A stretch of 63,218 bases of DNA, counting the filler, from Lenisia limosa (taxonomy: Eukaryota > Protista > Breviatea): the NCBI GenBank assembly GCA_001655205.1. It is 13 parts of 13 records of this genome, joined end to end, with 100 filler letters (N's around TTAATTAATTAA, not from the genome) between each part and the next. Parts side by side here need not be neighbours in the genome. Positions count along the whole stretch, not along the records: positions 1 to 6,280 come from LPNZ01010847.1; positions 6,381 to 8,462 come from LPNZ01004234.1; positions 8,563 to 21,266 come from LPNZ01007137.1; 10 more parts are not named here. One strand, written 5' to 3'. Position 1 is the stretch's first letter, and each line of letters opens with the position of its first letter. The position numbers were made by a program, and so were the translations under genes. Shown here one piece after another: positions 1 through 11,500 of this stretch. The notes beneath the pieces are model-generated. The model was not told the origin of the DNA. It ran no database searches and saw nothing but the letters and a program-made list of their open reading frames with translations.

Positions 1-3000
1 ATTGGAGTGGGGCGCGGTCAGAGGGTTGTGCGTGGAAGCGGCAAAAACCGGGCTTGGCTGGGAGGACTCGGGCGGAGAGGCTTGGAGTGATGAAAGTGAC
101 AGGTGTGAAAAGGGGCTTTCGTTTCGGGGAATAGGATGAGAGTGGGCAAGGGGGTTGGAGCTAGAAATGGGAACCTGGGGGTGGGAGGAGGCTTCGGTTG
201 CTTTGAGCATTGCTAGGAGGTTTTCTTGCTGGTTTTCGAGGGTTTGCACCTGCTGGACCTTTGGGGAGTGAAAATGGAATATTGATGTGAAAATAGAAAA
301 TTGATATAAAAATGTACAATGATGAGGTGAAAATGGACATTTATCGGGGGGGGGGGGGNNNNNNNNNNNNNNNNNNNNNNNNNNNNNNNNNNNNNNNNNN
401 NNNNNNNNNNNNNNNNNNNNNNNNNNNNNNNNNNNNNNNNNNNNNNNNNNNNNNNNNNNNNNNNNNNNNNNNNNNNNNNNNNNNNNNNNNNNNNNNNNNN
501 NNNNNNNNNNNNNNNNNNNNNNNNNNNNNNNNNNNNNNNNNNNNNNNNNNNNNNNNNNNAACCTGCACCTTATTTACCGTCATCACCCACCCCCTCCCAC
601 CCTTATCTTTTGCCTCAAGTGCAGCAGAGAGTTCTTTTTTGACTGTTTGTAGATCGGATTCGAACTGTGCGGTCTGGAGGGAACTAGACTGACTTGCTAT
701 ATTTGGGTTATATAATATATATATTTGCATTAAAATTGCTCTATTTGGGCTTTGGGTTAAATATTGCACATTTGTGTTTAAAATGAATATTTGTGTTAGG
801 TATCGAATGACTTGCTATATTTGGATAAAATATTGGATTGAAAGCTAGTTTCATACATATTTGGGATAGCTACTGTATATTGGGTAATATTGACTCATAC
901 TTGCTATATTGGGCGCGTCTTTAATTACCCGCTCCTTTCAACCACCCCCTTTCCTTATATCCAATCCTTCCCTACACAACCTTCCTTCCAGCTCCCTACA
1001 CAACCTTCCTTCCAGCTCCCTACACAACCTTCCTTCCAGCTCCCTAATCCTTTCAGTCCCNNNNNNNNNNNNNNNNNNNNNNNNNNNNNNNNNNNNNNNN
1101 NNNNNNNNNNNNNNNNNNNNNNNNNNNNNNNNNNNNNNNNNNNNNNNNNNNNNNNNNNNNNNNNNNNNNNNNNNNNNNNNNNNNNNNNNNNNNNNNNNNN
1201 NNNNNNNNNNNNNNNGTAAAATTGGAAAATTTATGAAAAAAAAATAATATCAAAATCAACTTTTTTTGGATGATTGCACACTAGTTTGATCCGAAAAGGG
1301 GGTGAAGAAGGCGTGACAAAGGATGTGATGGTGGTATAGGTCATGGAGGATTCTGGTTTGCCTGAAACATATACTAACAAAAGACCCCTACCTCGAGGTC
1401 AATAGAACAAAAGATCCCTACCTCGAGGTCAATAGAAGACTGTTGGATTTGGGCTATTTTCCTGTCTGAGGCCTCAGCAACGTCTTGGCGCAAACGTCTT
1501 TCGTCCCTATTGTGGTAAGGGGATGAGAAACTACAGTGTAGTACGTGTAAAAATGACCCAAAAAGTGATATGTTTACCCATCCACTTGCGATGAGGATAT
1601 ATGATTGACGTTTGACCAGACACAACCTTTTTTATTTCTCATTTCTATGCATATGATCGACTTTCCAGCCGTGTGAAAATGAAAAGTGATTTGATAGTCC
1701 ATTCCAGTCTAAATGAGAACAAATTTTTGATAAACCCTTGATGTGTTTGTAGACTTGGAATAAAGNNNNNNNNNNNNNNNNNNNNNNNNNNNNNNNNNNN
1801 NNNNNNNNNNNNNNNNNNNNNNNNNNNNNNNNNNNNNNNNNNNNNNNNNNNNNNNNNNNNNNNNNNNNNNNNNNNNNNNNNNNNNNNNNNNNNNNNNAGA
1901 AGGCAGTTACGACCCCCCTCCCCCACCTTGCGTTCATCAGAGGCCCGCAGGAGGTTCAGTTCGGCCGAAACGGCATGAGCCTGGCTACTCTGGTCGCTGA
2001 CTAGACGAAGATTCTGGGGAAGATTGAGAAAGGGATGTGTGAAGGGATTCAAAATCGAGGGAGTGATGGAAGGCTATTTGAAGGCATGGGCATGGCTACT
2101 CTGGGCCAAGGTTTGAAAGAGCGTTTAGGGGGAGTGTAATACTATACTATAGTCCAATACCTCTTATAAGNNNNNNNNNNNNNNNNNNNNNNNNNNNNNN
2201 NNNNNNNNNNNNNNNNNNNNNNNNNNNNNNNNNNNNNNNNNNNNNNNNNNNNNNNNNNNNNNNNNNNNNNNNNNNNNNNNNNNNNNNNNNCAGTAGTTCT
2301 CATAGTCTTCTAAGCGGTTCTTGAGAGTGACGACAGCCGACTCCAGAGATGACTGGAGAGTTAGCGGGATTTTCATTGGACGGTACGACGAGTAAGACTA
2401 CCCCCTTCCGTACCCATGCCTATAGCCCTCCTACCCACTTAAAAAAGATATAAAAGCTGTACCCACCACCCCACCCAACAAAAGATTAGTAGATAAGTAT
2501 GGGCCACTCTCCGCACCCCCACCAATTAATAGTAGTAGTAGAGGTAGTAATAGCAGTAATGACACAGATAATGATATATTAATACTTTAATACTAATACT
2601 AATACTAATACTAATAATAATAATAATAAAAAAAATAAAATTAATAATAATAATACTAATAAAAATCATACAAAATAATCAATCATAATAAAATAAAAAA
2701 TAAAATAACAGAGATAATAATAAAAACAAGACCACCCCTCTCACTGGACACGCATGAACATCCGACACAGCCAGTGGTGATGAAGAGTCCATGCAGAGGG
2801 CCACCCGATTAGCCTCAAAATGCAGCTCCTGCGTGGCATCTGCTATTCTCTGATGCTGTTGGCTCTGGAGGAGGGGGGTAAATTACTGTTTTTGAATCGG
2901 AAACAACAGAGACAAAAAAGCCCTGAGATAACACAACGTTCCAAACAGTTACGAACCAGTGAGAGCGGGAGGGGGGGATAGCAGTAAGGCTATGAGGAGA

Positions 3001-6000
3001 TTTTAAACCATTAAAAATACTTTTTATTTTACACCACAAAATAATTTAATAGCTCAATGTTGTGTAACTCTTTTTATATAGCCCACATTATGGTCCTCAA
3101 CTCATAGTTAACTCCGTGGTCAAACATTGAGACATAACTATGTGAAATACATACGATGCCTTCCCTCCAACTGAATTGGCCTGAGCATTTTCAAGGTCTT
3201 GTTGTAGGGTCTGGATTTCTGTGTGCTGGAGGAGGAATAAGACAGGTAAGCAAGCCATTTTATCCAAAGAGATGGACAGGTTTATAAACAAACCATTTTA
3301 TCCAAAGAGATGGAGAGGTCACGGTTGCGGGCGGATATGGCCTCTGCCTCAGCCCTACTCGTCTCATGTTCACGCTCCAATCTGGCCTGGTGGGCTCTGG
3401 TTGTCAGCTACAAGGGGATTATTCAGACATAGATTTGAGGTTGATAATAAATGACACTAAATTATCATAAAGTCAAGATTAACATTTTTTTAAAAAAAAC
3501 TCAGAAGACTCTCAATAATTACTAGCACCGCAAAAATATCGATATTGAACATGTCTATTAGTGGAACCCTCTCCAGATTTTGCATGTCTCTTCAACAAAC
3601 GCGGACAGTGCTGTGTTTGGCCTCTGCCTCGGCCGTTTTCAGCTGCACAAACACGTCGCCGTGGGCCTGGGCCACATCGAATAGCTACGGGCGTGAGATT
3701 ACTAATAAAAACCCCTCTATGTGTGTGTACAGTATGTGTGGAATAAACTCTTCCGTCTAAATAATAGATGCAAATTTATTGAGTAATAAATGAAAAATGG
3801 AAGCGTTTTGGAGTTCCCACCTTTTTCTCAGCAGCAATAGCACGGGTATTGGCATTTTCAAGATTTGCATCTGGGTGGTCAATAAGGGTAGCAGGGTAGA
3901 ACGGAGAAAGGGGGGAAATATGAAGGGTCAAATGCAGAAAAGAGGGGACTAGGAAACACAAATAAACGCGACAAACGAAACACAATACCCTCACAGCTTG
4001 ACCCTTCCTACACCTCCCACTAGCTTCTGCCATTTGGGCCTTCAGAGCAGCCACCTCCTCCGCCGCCACAACCCGAGCCTCGCCCGTACTCCGCGAGATG
4101 TCGCGTTGAAGGAGAGATCTCATTGATCGCTCGTCTGCCAAGCGCGTGTTTGTTACTTCGAGGACGGATTTCAGGCTCTATCGGGGGGGGGGGGGGAANN
4201 NNNNNNNNNNNNNNNNNNNNNNNNNNNNNNNNNNNNNNNNNNNNNNNNNNNNNNNNNNNNNNNNNNNNNNNNNNNNNNNNNNNNNNNNNNNNNNACCCCC
4301 ACTCTTAATTGGGCCTTGGCGTCCGAAAGCTGCACTACTGCCTCCTCCAAAGTGGTCGCCGATTCGGTGCTGACCGCAGTGGTCGACTATGGGGGTGATT
4401 GGGTGTGGGTGATTGAAGCGTGATGGTGTGAACGGCTTTGGCCAGATATAGCCTTGTTTTGTTTCTCATCTCGACATACTCCCTTTTGACCCTTCAAAAN
4501 NNNNNNNNNGCAAATAAGAACAGACTTCACCAAAATGCTTTATATAAATCTACAGCAAATTATCGAGGAATAGCCCCTTTTTAAAGAGTATTGTACAAAA
4601 ACATACCCGAAAAATCTGTGAGTGTTTTATTACATACACTGCCAACTGGGCATTGTTTTTGTGTCATAAACTGTCCATTTGTACCCTCCCCCATTCCCTC
4701 CCCCATTCCCTCCCACATCTTTCCCTGACAATACATACAAATTTCCCCTCCTGCCGTTCCCCCGCACTTTTACTTACTCGTACCCTCCGCCCCGCACCCA
4801 TTCCTTGGCTACACCTTCCTCCCCACCTGCACTTCCTTCAGGGTGGTCTCCAAACCCCGTGCTTGCCGCTCCAATAGGGTGACCTCCCCAGAGAGTTGAT
4901 TGATGGTCAGCTTCTGTTGTTGCTGGAAGGGGTGAGAGGGTAGAATCAGAAAATTAGATGAAATTCTGTTCTGCATGTGTGTGCGTGTGAAATTCTGTTC
5001 TTGCTGAAGCTGAAATTCTGATGTGGTGGAGAGGGCTGTAATGGGAGTCACACAAGGTATGTCCCATCTTCGATGTATGAAAATTATTTGTTAAGTCTTT
5101 CAATAGGGCTTCACTTCCGTCTTCAATCCCTCGATAAATCCTCGAAACATGACAATTGCGATCCCAGTGAAACCCTATTTAATCTTGAATTGGTACAACA
5201 ATTTTCATTGCTCAGTTTTTGTTTTCTCCCCCATTGCCCACATCAGTCTTACGGGCTTCCTGAATAGCGTGCTCTTGGTCGGCAAGGAGGGTTCTGAGCG
5301 AAGCGACCGCCGCCTTTTCGAGTAAACAAGAGGTATGTTTTGGGTCAGAATGTAATAAAATGTTCAAATCACGATTCAGCTCAACACAACCTGAACCTGT
5401 AGAAATCACTATGATAATATGATATGTAGAGATGAGAAGTAAAATAAGGTAGTATCTGGCCGAAGCCGTCCATAACATTACGCTTATTAGAGATATTGGA
5501 CTATAGTAACATAATACTAATTCTGCACACATCTCCAATCAATCCCCTCTTTGATACGAATGAATAGCCCTGGATACTATTGTTAGAGAGAGTTTGCCAA
5601 TGAATTAGTCAAGCTACTTAGGAATAAATTATGTTTCATCATGTCCAGTGACAAAAATAAGACGCAGATATTGAGCCTTCTCTTGTTAAAAATAATAATT
5701 GCACGAATTGTGATAATCAGCATATGTCAGACCTTTTCACGCTGTATTGCAACCTCATCACGATGCTCTGGTTCAGCCGCTCCTAATATGTTGTGAAATA
5801 CATAGTAAAAATGACAAATATTCTTAATATGGTGTATATCACACCATATTTAACTTGAATCCTTAATTTGCCCCCCCCCCNNNNNNNNNNNNNNNNNNNN
5901 NNNNNNNNNNNNNNNNNNNNNNNNNNNNNNNNNNNNNNNNNNNNNNNNNNNNNNNNNNNNNNGCACTTCTGAGCTCATCCTAAAAAGGCATTACAATGGG

Positions 6001-6280
6001 GGAGATTGCTTCGAGTTACAGTATAATGGTGTGTGTGGCGGACAATTGAAAAATGAAGGGGAAAATAAGAGTAATATATGTGTATGGTATGACATAATAT
6101 GATATGCTATATGTACCACAGGTATGTTAATATTATATATTATGTCGCACTTCAAATTTTGCCACCAATTTTCCATTTTGAGTTACATCCATAAATCTGC
6201 TATACCAAGCACCACGCAAACCTCCTTCATCTTGAGTTCAGCCCTGTTTGACGATTGGTCAAGCGCGGTCTCTAGCTCCA
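1..6280 (-). CDS. Multi-exon long coiled-coil protein, partial (runs off the window start and into a contig join)
   Basis: Minus-strand exons bounded by GT/AG give heptad-like peptides: LELETALDQSSNRAELKMKE, LEKAAVASLRTLLADQEHAIQEARK, QQKLTINQLSGEVTLLERQARGLETTLKE, ARLEREHETSRAEAEAISARNRDLSISLDKM, TAQFESDLQTVKKELSAALEAKDK, VQQVQTLENQQENLLAMLKATE. No family-specific motif; assumed to be one gene. Confidence 0.6.
970..1046. repeat. Intronic minisatellite, 24-bp unit x3
   Basis: CCCTACACAACCTTCCTTCCAGCT repeated three times exactly, plus a partial unit. Confidence 0.9.
1216..1270 (-). repeat. Family-3 sense-strand intronic repeat, partial
   Basis: Reverse complement reads AGTTGATTTTGATATTATTTTTTTTTCATAAATTTTCCAATTTTAC; host gene is on the minus strand. 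Confidence 0.55.
1381..1437 (-). repeat. 30-bp tandem duplication of an exon end plus splice donor
   Basis: Minus strand reads CTATTGACCTCGAG|GTAGGG twice, 30 nt apart. Confidence 0.8.
2585..2660. repeat. (TAA)n / (TACTAA)n microsatellite in an intron
   Basis: Run of TAATAC and TAA units. Confidence 0.8.
3255..3318 (-). repeat. 38-bp-period duplication of an exon end plus donor
   Basis: Minus strand CCATCTCTTTGGATAAAATG followed by GTTTG (first copy) and GCTTG (second copy). Confidence 0.75.
4417..4478 (+). repeat. Family-2 dispersed repeat (TTCG-hairpin element)
   Basis: AGCGTGATGGTGTGAACGGCTTTGGCCAGATATAGCCTTGTTTTGTTTCTCATCTC; intronic, antisense to host. Confidence 0.8.
5104..5177. mobile_element. 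hAT-type MITE, degenerate copy
   Basis: TAGGGCTTCACTT...GTGAAACCCTA ends with internal TCGATAAATCCTCGA; no clear TSD. Confidence 0.65.
5430..5500 (-). repeat. Family-2 dispersed repeat
   Basis: Reverse complement AATATCTCTAATAAGCGTAATGTTATGGACGGCTTCGGCCAGATACTACCTTATTTTACTTCTCATCTC. Confidence 0.75.
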
Positions 6281-6380
6281 NNNNNNNNNNNNNNNNNNNN
6301 NNNNNNNNNNNNNNNNNNNNNNNNTTAATTAATTAANNNNNNNNNNNNNNNNNNNNNNNNNNNNNNNNNNNNNNNNNNNN
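6281..6380. other. Artificial contig-join spacer (44 N + TTAATTAATTAA + 44 N)
   Basis: Identical 12-mer with stops in all six frames at 6325, 8507, 21311, 24463, 25830, 36662, 38419, 42069, 47194, 48667, 55957 and 61771, always inside a 100-bp N block. Confidence 0.97.
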
Positions 6381-7059
6381 AATAGAACAGAGTCTCAATA
6401 AATATATCAAGCCAGAGAAAGAATAAAACTTTTGACAGCAAAAACCCCAAAACATGGGTACAACAATAATACACATTCAAAAATCAACCCCTGAACATTG
6501 GGGAATCAAACAAGGGTTGAAAATAACAAAAAAACAATCCGCATGATTCTTATAATCCATACTTTAAAATCCTGAAAATACCCCTCAGCGCACCTGTCAT
6601 CGTAATGGAGTCATGGGATAAGAATGACTTATTTCCGTTTCAGAACTTGGAGTATCCTTATCCAAGTTAATTCAGAGAACACAAAAAGTGAAATGAAGCC
6701 TTGGTGATGAGCTATGGAGAGGAGGAAAGAGAAGAATACAAGAAGTATTTTATATAAGATACACTTGAACACTTTAAAGCGCTGAGTTTATTTATAATAT
6801 CACTGTAATATATAAGAGTATAAGTAATCACAGAACGAGAAAACAGAAAGGAAGAGCCATAAGAACCGGACAGAAGATGAGAGTTGCGCCATCGTGGCGT
6901 ACCTTCTCTTTATTCTCCCATTTTTGCTTATTCCGCCCCTTTTTCCTATTCTACAATCATTTACCCATAAATAAACATTTTATTTACATTAACGAAAGGA
7001 AAAGAGGCAAAACACACCAGCAGTCTCAGGGAACAGGTGGTCCACCCTAGATCAACACC

Positions 7060-8462
7060 ATGTTCGTTGTTTGTTCAATAACAGACTATGTCGTCGTCCC
7101 TCCAGCCCTCTTTGGTATTGACAGAGAAGAAGCGTTGAAGAGTGCAATTAACATGCAGTACTCGAATAAGGTCTGGATCTTCAAAAATGTCGAAGGATGT
7201 TCTTTCTTTGTCTCTTTCAGCTTTTACACTTGTTTAACAAATAAGTTTGATGACTTTTCTTTGTAAATTCCCCTATATTAGTTCAATTAGCCTATTTTTT
7301 GGCACTTTTTCTGTTTGCTTTATGAGGAATACCCATTTCCAGCTCTCTGTGGCCAAGAGCCATTCCCATGAGTTCTTTTTGTATGATTGTTTATTTCAAA
7401 ATTAGCACAAAATTCTGCAAGTTTAACTTGTCCCGAATGCTTTGAATATGTCACAGCTAGGTCTTCACTTCGGTTCGGAATGTCTCGATAAATTCTCGAA
7501 AACTATCGATATTTACTCATTGTTATTTTGCTATATTCTCTCAATTCACCTAATCTATTACTTACTAACTACATTTGATCTTTCTCGGTTAGTGATTGAG
7601 ACCTTCACTTTAATTTCTACATCAAAATTTCCATAAATTTCCTTCGTTTTACCCCCCCCNNNNNNNNNNNNNNNNNNNNNNNNNNNNNNNNNNNNNNNCT
7701 ATGAAATATCCAAGTCTGGAGAAGCGTATGTCTTTCCCGCACAAGGAGGGAGTCAGTGTGCGTACGAGGGGGGGAGGTGTGTATACAACGTCATTTTCTC
7801 ATTGATCTTCATATTTACATTGGCTTTAGCTCTTCTTTTCTCTGACTAGCAACTTTTACTACTGTTCTTTTACCTTCAACAATTACTAATTAAACCGTAG
7901 GGTACGCTTTAAGTTCATCTTCTTCATGCCTGAAATCGGCGAGGTTATTGAAGGCAAAATACACAGGTGTACTGACAAAGGCATTGAGGGTATTGAGGGG
8001 GATCTGAGCTCAACTTTGTTATTGTTTTATGAATGTGATTGTATGGACGGCTTCGGCCAGATACTCTAATTATAGTTATTTTATTATCTAATTTAGTACC
8101 TCCCATCCAAAACTCTATTAGCTAATTTGTTGATTGTGTTGATGACTTTGGGTTGTTGCTACTGATTGTATTTTATATTTCTACATGATATTTCCCTTCG
8201 TATCATAGAGGTACTTTGTGTGCCGCTGCTATTGTGGCTGCTAAACAGTTATCATCCTTTTCATAATACCCATTTTTGATTTATATTATACAATATCTAT
8301 TATTTTTTTTCGGTCATTTATATTTGATAATGTTTTGGTCATTTTGTTTCTTCTTCCCCTCACCCCTTTTTTCTTCTTACTAATTCGGATTCTCCCCTAT
8401 TTATTTCTTCAGTTTCTTTGGCCTTCTTTGAGGACGTTTTTATTCCGGCTGAAAACCTACCC
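7060..8462 (+). CDS. POLR3H: RNA polymerase III subunit RPC8/RPC25, 3' truncated by contig end
   Basis: Spliced peptides MFVVCSITDYVVVPPALFGIDREEALKSAINMQYSNK / YEISKSGEAYVFPAQGGSQC / VRFKFIFFMPEIGEVIEGKIHRCTDKGIE / VSLAFFEDVFIPAENLP are colinear with the RPC25 pattern (NKK.ANKV...AYVFPGDG...VHFR.VVF.P...E.L.GKI...VSLGFFDDI.IP). Confidence 0.85.
8035..8075 (+). repeat. Family-2 dispersed repeat in an RPC25 intron
   Basis: GTGATTGTATGGACGGCTTCGGCCAGATAC. Confidence 0.7.
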
Positions 8463-8562
8463 NNNNNNNNNNNNNNNNNNNNNNNNNNNNNNNNNNNNNN
8501 NNNNNNTTAATTAATTAANNNNNNNNNNNNNNNNNNNNNNNNNNNNNNNNNNNNNNNNNNNN

Positions 8563-11500
8563 GTGTCCATTTGAAAATTGCCATGCAGCAGGCGTAGCAC
8601 TCGGCTTCCAGCAGGACCTTCTGCCCTTCGGCTGCGGGAGGCGAGGTTAGGATCAAGTGAGGGAATGTGGGCATTTGAAGAAAAGATATTGGACAATCAT
8701 TATATTTAGGTCCTTTCAAATGTTACGAAAAAAAATATCGCATACTTGATAAAATACCAGTATATGAATCATATAACATATGAATCAAGAACATTTTGTC
8801 ATTAACAGTGCCCATCAACAGAAGAGTCCCACTGGATTCGGCAAGGATGTTGAAGAAGGCGAAGCAATGAGACGTGATCAGCTTGGAGTCTGCCATACTG
8901 GAGCATCGTTTGATGATCACTTTGCAGCATTCTGGGTTCGATATGATAGCCAGGGGGGCTGTGGCGGCTGGGGGGGGGGGGNNNNNNNNNNNNNNNNNNN
9001 NNNNNNNNNNNNNNNNNNNNNNNNNNNNNNNNNNNNNNNNNNNNNNNNNNNNNNNNNNNNNNNNNNNNNNNNNNNNNNNNNNNNNNNNNNNNNNNNNNNN
9101 NNNNNNNNNNNNNNNNNNNNNNNNNNNNNNNNNNNNNNNNNNNNNNNNNNNNNNNNNNNNNNNNNNTGTCAAACCCAAAGTTGTATCTTCAATACTGCAT
9201 TGATTCCATTTTAGTGGGGCAATGCACAGTGCATCGCGCTCAGTAATAGCAGCAATGGGTTTCATTAGCCACTTATTGAAGTCTAATTGCATGAAAATAT
9301 ATTATGTATATATCTGCCCCCCCCCCCTCACATGGAAGCCGGNNNNNNNNNNNNNNNNNNNNNNNNNNNNNNNNNNNNNNNNNNNNNNNNNNNNNNNNNN
9401 NNNNNNNNNNNNNNNNNNNNNNNNNNNNNNNNNNNNNNNNNNNNNNNNNNNNNNNNNNNNNNNNNNNNNNNNNNNNNNNNNNNNNNNNNNNNNNNNNNNN
9501 NNNNAAATGATTAAATACTGTATAGTAAATAACAACAATTAGGGAAATGAAATAACTCCTTCCTTCCAGCCTTTTAATGGCCCACCATTTCTTGAACCAG
9601 GAGCGTCAGTTCTCCAGCCATCTTGCCCATTCGACCCTTGCCTTTGTTGTCAGAGGAGGGTAGTGAAGAAACTGGTGAGGGCACACTTACCTACTGGTAT
9701 TCGAAACAAAACTATTTTCAATCCCCCACAAAAATTAAAGGAAAGTTGGAAGCAGTTTACTGGTGGAGCTATTGTTAGCAAAAGGGATATCATGGTAGCA
9801 AAAGATTCAAATCGCAATCAACAATGAAATTGACGACTTAGATGGCCAGTTATATTATTGTACCCAACATACATGCAATGATGATATTGGTCAGAGTGAG
9901 CAAGAAGAACTCAACCACATCGTCCTGCTTGCTCCTTTCCTTCACAATCGTAATAAACTAAACCAGTCACTGAGAGACATGTTTAGGGCCAATAAACAGC
10001 ACTGCTAACTACCCATTGTTTTCAAACACACTCCCCTATTCCGATATGATACAAATTTTAATTCTTGTGAAATAGTCTGGGTAAATGTGGGGGAGTGGAC
10101 ATACCTCTGGAAGCAATTTCACGAATTCGTTGTGAGCCTTGGCTGAATGTGTTAGAATTACCAAAAAGGTACTCCATGCATTTATTAATGCAAACACATT
10201 GCTATGATGGATATTTAAAAGGCGGCTGTTTTACTCGAGATTATTTATGTAGTTGCACTCTCGTGCATACCTCTAAGTGGCTTTGTTGTAGTATTATACC
10301 CCAGTCAAACATATGATATGTATATGCATATTATGTATATTCTCTGAATTACAGAATCTTCACACCCCCCACGTAATAAAGCGATATTCTGAAGAATCCC
10401 GAAGGCCATGGCGGCGATGGCAGGTTGTTTAATTCGGTCGTAAACCAGCTTAATAATGCCTAATTTGTGCAGTTCTTGTGGTCCTGGGGAGGGGGTGAAT
10501 TTGAACACACGCAAGTAGTGTTTCACTTCGGTTGAAAAAAGACGGAATTTCTCGATAAATCCTCAAAAACTATCGATAATTCACCGGTCTTTTTCTTACC
10601 GAAGTGAAGCCCTGTTTTCATCAGCGACGCCCACTCAGACATGAACAAATCACCCCATACTGATATCGGCAACGTTCCATATGAAACGGAGGGCACGTGC
10701 CTGGGTCTCGGGATGATCTTCAAAGGTCTTCATGGCCTGGAATACTAACTGTACTACTCCTGCGGGGGGGGGGGGGNNNNNNNNNNNNNNNNNNNNNNNN
10801 NNNNNNNNNNNNNNNNNNNNNNNNNNNNNNNNNNNNNNNNNNNNNNNNNNNNNNNNNNNNNNCAACCCAAGCGCAATCATTAATAACTAGGGTTTCCCAA
10901 CGGTCCGAAAAAGACCGTTTAAATATATATACTAGATTTTCTCAAGGATTTATCGAGAGATTCGGAGTTCTGGGACCATACGGAAGCCCTATTTATAACT
11001 GATTGTGCAACTAGGGGACCACACAAGTATTTCTCACATATTGGGCCATTAAGCTAGACACATAACTACTACTTCTTTGGCTTCAAAATACAACATTGAT
11101 ATGAAGATAATTGAGAGTAGTCCCAACGGCCAACCAGTGACAAAGAAGTTGTCGAGTACTTCATTGACAACGTCTTCTACACAAGTGAGTTAACTCGGTT
11201 TTTGGGTGACGTGGCACTGAGTAAAAATGATAGGTATGCATTCATTGTTTTGGAGCAAAGACACTGCCGCCACAAATTACACAACCCCCCAACCCCTCTC
11301 ACTGCTCCATGTGTATTTGACAAGACCCTCGAGAGAACTGTTGACAAGATCCTGGTTGCTGCTGTTCTGTAGGAGTTGCGTGGCAAAGGGGGCGGCNNNN
11401 NNNNNNNNNNNNNNNNNNNNNNNNNNNNNNNNNNNNNNNNNNNNNNNNNNNNNNNNNNNNNNNNNNNNNNNNNNNNNNNNNNNNNNNNNNNNNNNNNNNN

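Noticed and set aside
6325-6336. TTAATTAATTAA palindrome recurring 12 times
   Set aside because: Always centred in an exact 44N+12+44N block and gives stops in six frames: an assembly linker. Gene neighbourhoods across these points were not interpreted.
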